From a virus: a stretch of 64,000 nucleotides of DNA. Under the pieces are notes generated by a model, which had not been told where the DNA came from, searched no databases, and saw only the letters and a list, made by a program, of their open reading frames with translations. The translations under genes were made by a program, and so were the position numbers. Of the stretch, positions 61,752 through 64,000 are shown in pieces; position 1 is the first letter of the stretch, and each line of letters opens with the position of its first letter. The stretch lies in IMG/VR virus record IMGVR_UViG_3300005466_000027, positions 7,865-71,864 of that record; one strand, 5' to 3'.

Positions 61752-64000
61752 ATGCCTTGGACTGGATCATACGACATCCCCACAATCTCCAACGGGGATG
61801 GTGAAAAACCGGAACTGCCCGAATCCCGTGTGCGCGACGGGTGGCAGGGGCATGCCATATTTCGCAAACTGGAATACGACGACCGCGACGCAGAAGTGGC
61901 TCGCGCGAACATTGATTACCAGATCGACGGTGGATTGCCCTATTCGGTCGATGTGATGAAGAATGCGGGGCGTGGGGAAGACGCCAACGTGAACTTCCGG
62001 GAAGCCCGTGCGGAAGATGACCTGGCCCAGACGCCGTTCATCGAGATGACGACGATCAGTCCGACCCTCTGGCGTATCTCGGTCAACAGCGGCGGCAGTG
62101 ATGACGACCGCACTTCGTGGGGGCGCACGATGTCCGACCATTTCACCCGGATGGTGCGCCGTTGGGACGATTTCGATTACTACCGCATCAAGCTTTCCCA
62201 GCAGTTCACCCGGCACGGAGCCGGATTCGCTTACTGGGAGGACGAAATCGACTGGCGCTGGCGGGCAGACGGGCTGAACGCTTTCAAATTGCCGCGCAAT
62301 ACCGAGAGCCGTGCCAGCGCGATCCCCTACTGCGTGTGCAAACGCAGCATGTCCGTCACAGAGCTGTACGCCTTCATCAAAAAAGAAGAAGTAGCCAAGG
62401 AAGTTGGCCGGTGGAACGTCGAAGCGGTCAAGACTGCGTTGCGCTACGCCGCGGTGTCCAATTCCCGGCCTCTCTACAGCTACGCATGGGAAGATTTCCA
62501 GAGGGAAATCAAGGAGAACGACGTGGAGTTTGGTGTGCGCGCCGAACAGGTGCAGCTCTACCACGAGTGGGTGATCGAATACGACGGCACCGTGTCCCAC
62601 TACATCGGTTTGCAAGACGGCATCGCCATGCTGGACGACAAAATCGAGAAACCCTCCAGCGACAGCAACCGGAACAGCGACGCCAAGAGCAACATGATCG
62701 GCAATGGGTTCCTCTACGCCCACCGCTGCCGGTTCCCTTCATTCAGTTCGGCCATCATCCCGTTTTACTACGCCATTGGCACCCATGCCACGGTGCATAC
62801 GATCCGCGGCCAGGGCGAGATGAACTTTGGTCCCATTTCCATCTCCAACCGGGCGATGTGCAACCTGATCGACTGTGCCAAGGCATCGAGCATGATTCTT
62901 TTGCAGGCGGAATCTCCCGCGGACGCGGAGAACACCGCTTACATCCAGATGGGGGGATTTATGATCCTCTCCGGGCACACCAAGGTCCAGCCTAACGCTA
63001 TGCCGGATGTGTCCGGTCGGCTGTTGCCGGTGCTGAACGAGATGCGCGGGCTGCGGCAGCAGGTGAGCCCTAATTCCGCCGCGCAGCCGCCGCAGACGGG
63101 CAAATCCAAGCAGCCGGAAACCAAATACGGCATTCAGGCCAAGCAGAATCGCGGGGGAGCGCTGAGCAGTGCGATGCTCACCCAGTGGTTCGGCCCTTTC
63201 GGTCGCCTGGGCCGGGAGATGCTCCGTCGCGTGCTCAACCCGAATCTCAAGGAGAACATGCCCGGTGGGAAAGAGGCATTTGAGTTCCGGCTGGCTTGCA
63301 TGAAAGATGGTGTCCCGGCTCACATTCTCAAAGACTTCAGCAATTTCGATGTGGACGCTGTACGCGTCATTGGCAACGGCTCACCGGAGCAGCGTCAGTA
63401 TGCGGCGGAACAAGTGCTCGCGCTGTCCGACAAGGGGTTCGACGAATATGGCAAGCGCAAGGCGCTCTTGGACGCCACGCAGGCCATCCCAGGTGTCGAT
63501 TGGCAGGCCGCGCAGGATTACGTTGGGCCGTTGGAACCCCGCAAACCGATTGACGATCAAATCGCCAATGCGGAGAACTCGCTGTTTACACTGGGGGCGC
63601 AGGCCAAGGTGACAGGCGAGCAAAATCACTGGGTTCACTGCCAGGTCCATGAACAGCTCGTCACGCAGTTTGTGGAAGCCTTCAACCAAGGCCAGATCGA
63701 CGGTCAAAAACTGGTCAGCGTTCTCAAGCCAGCCTTGGCCAACATGCTTGACCACTCTGAAATTCTCTCCAAGGAAAAAGCTTTTGAGAAGGAGAGCGCA
63801 CAAGTGCGCAAGTTCATCCAGAATAACAACGGCGTGTTGGAGCAGCAGGAGAACAAGCTGATCGCGCAAATGCAGCGCCAGCAGCAGGAGATGCAGCAAC
63901 AGCAAGGTGGTGAGATGAGCCCCGAAGCTCAGCAGAAGATGCAGCTCCACCAGATCGAACTGCAAAAACGGCAGGACGAACTGGCGATGCGCCGTGAAGA
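61752..64000 (+). CDS. probable portal protein, 3' truncated (not in ORF track)
   Basis: Hand-read start MPWTGSYDIP...; appears open to window end; FTRHGAGFAYW and Q/M-rich C-terminal helix resemble P22-like portals. Confidence 0.7.
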   Translation, partial: MPWTGSYDIPTISNGDGEKPELPESRVRDGWQGHAIFRKLEYDDRDAEVARANIDYQIDGGLPYSVDVMKNAGRGEDANVNFREARAEDDLAQTPFIEMTTISPTLWRISVNSGGSDDDRTSWGRTMSDHFTRMVRRWDDFDYYRIKLSQQFTRHGAGFAYWEDEIDWRWRADGLNAFKLPRNTESRASAIPYCVCKRSMSVTELYAFIKKEEVAKEVGRWNVEAVKTALRYAAVSNSRPLYSYAWEDFQREIKENDVEFGVRAEQVQLYHEWVIEYDGTVSHYIGLQDGIAMLDDKIEKPSSDSNRNSDAKSNMIGNGFLYAHRCRFPSFSSAIIPFYYAIGTHATVHTIRGQGEMNFGPISISNRAMCNLIDCAKASSMILLQAESPADAENTAYIQMGGFMILSGHTKVQPNAMPDVSGRLLPVLNEMRGLRQQVSPNSAAQPPQTGKSKQPETKYGIQAKQNRGGALSSAMLTQWFGPFGRLGREMLRRVLNPNLKENMPGGKEAFEFRLACMKDGVPAHILKDFSNFDVDAVRVIGNGSPEQRQYAAEQVLALSDKGFDEYGKRKALLDATQAIPGVDWQAAQDYVGPLEPRKPIDDQIANAENSLFTLGAQAKVTGEQNHWVHCQVHEQLVTQFVEAFNQGQIDGQKLVSVLKPALANMLDHSEILSKEKAFEKESAQVRKFIQNNNGVLEQQENKLIAQMQRQQQEMQQQQGGEMSPEAQQKMQLHQIELQKRQDELAMRRE

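Overview
The window is almost entirely a tailed dsDNA phage genome segment, probably podovirus-like and infecting a diderm host. Host identity is not provable from the sequence. Layout: (i) 1-6.6 kb, + strand: 2OG-Fe(II) oxygenase, probable major capsid protein, small virion genes, a stand-alone response-regulator receiver and a lysis cassette. (ii) 6.5-31.9 kb, - strand: replication/early arm with SNF2 helicase, VRR-NUC, a family A DNA polymerase split in two genes, DUF2815 SSB, DUF2800 nuclease, DEDDh exonuclease, primase-helicase, XRE regulator, C5 DNA methyltransferase-like gene and many small ORFs. (iii) 31.9-33.1 kb: largely non-coding divergence point. (iv) 33.1-64 kb, + strand: small ORFs, a structured-RNA/tRNA cluster, three probable ejection proteins (one of 2513 aa), ATP-grasp ligase, vWA+HTH module, TerS-like gene, a ~9 kb glycosyltransferase/methyltransferase/TPP-enzyme cluster and a portal-like gene running off the end. 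No integrase, large terminase, RT or CRISPR was seen. Most notable observations: a small Zn-finger protein carrying a near-verbatim copy of a capsid segment; a free-standing copy of the primase C-terminal domain fused to an HTH beside the non-coding region; four unrelated proteins ending in the same T-[LM]-[DE]-D-F tail; an anticodon-less tRNA-like RNA and other large structured RNAs; and recurrent leader motifs. All family assignments are by motif recognition by eye; no database searches were run.
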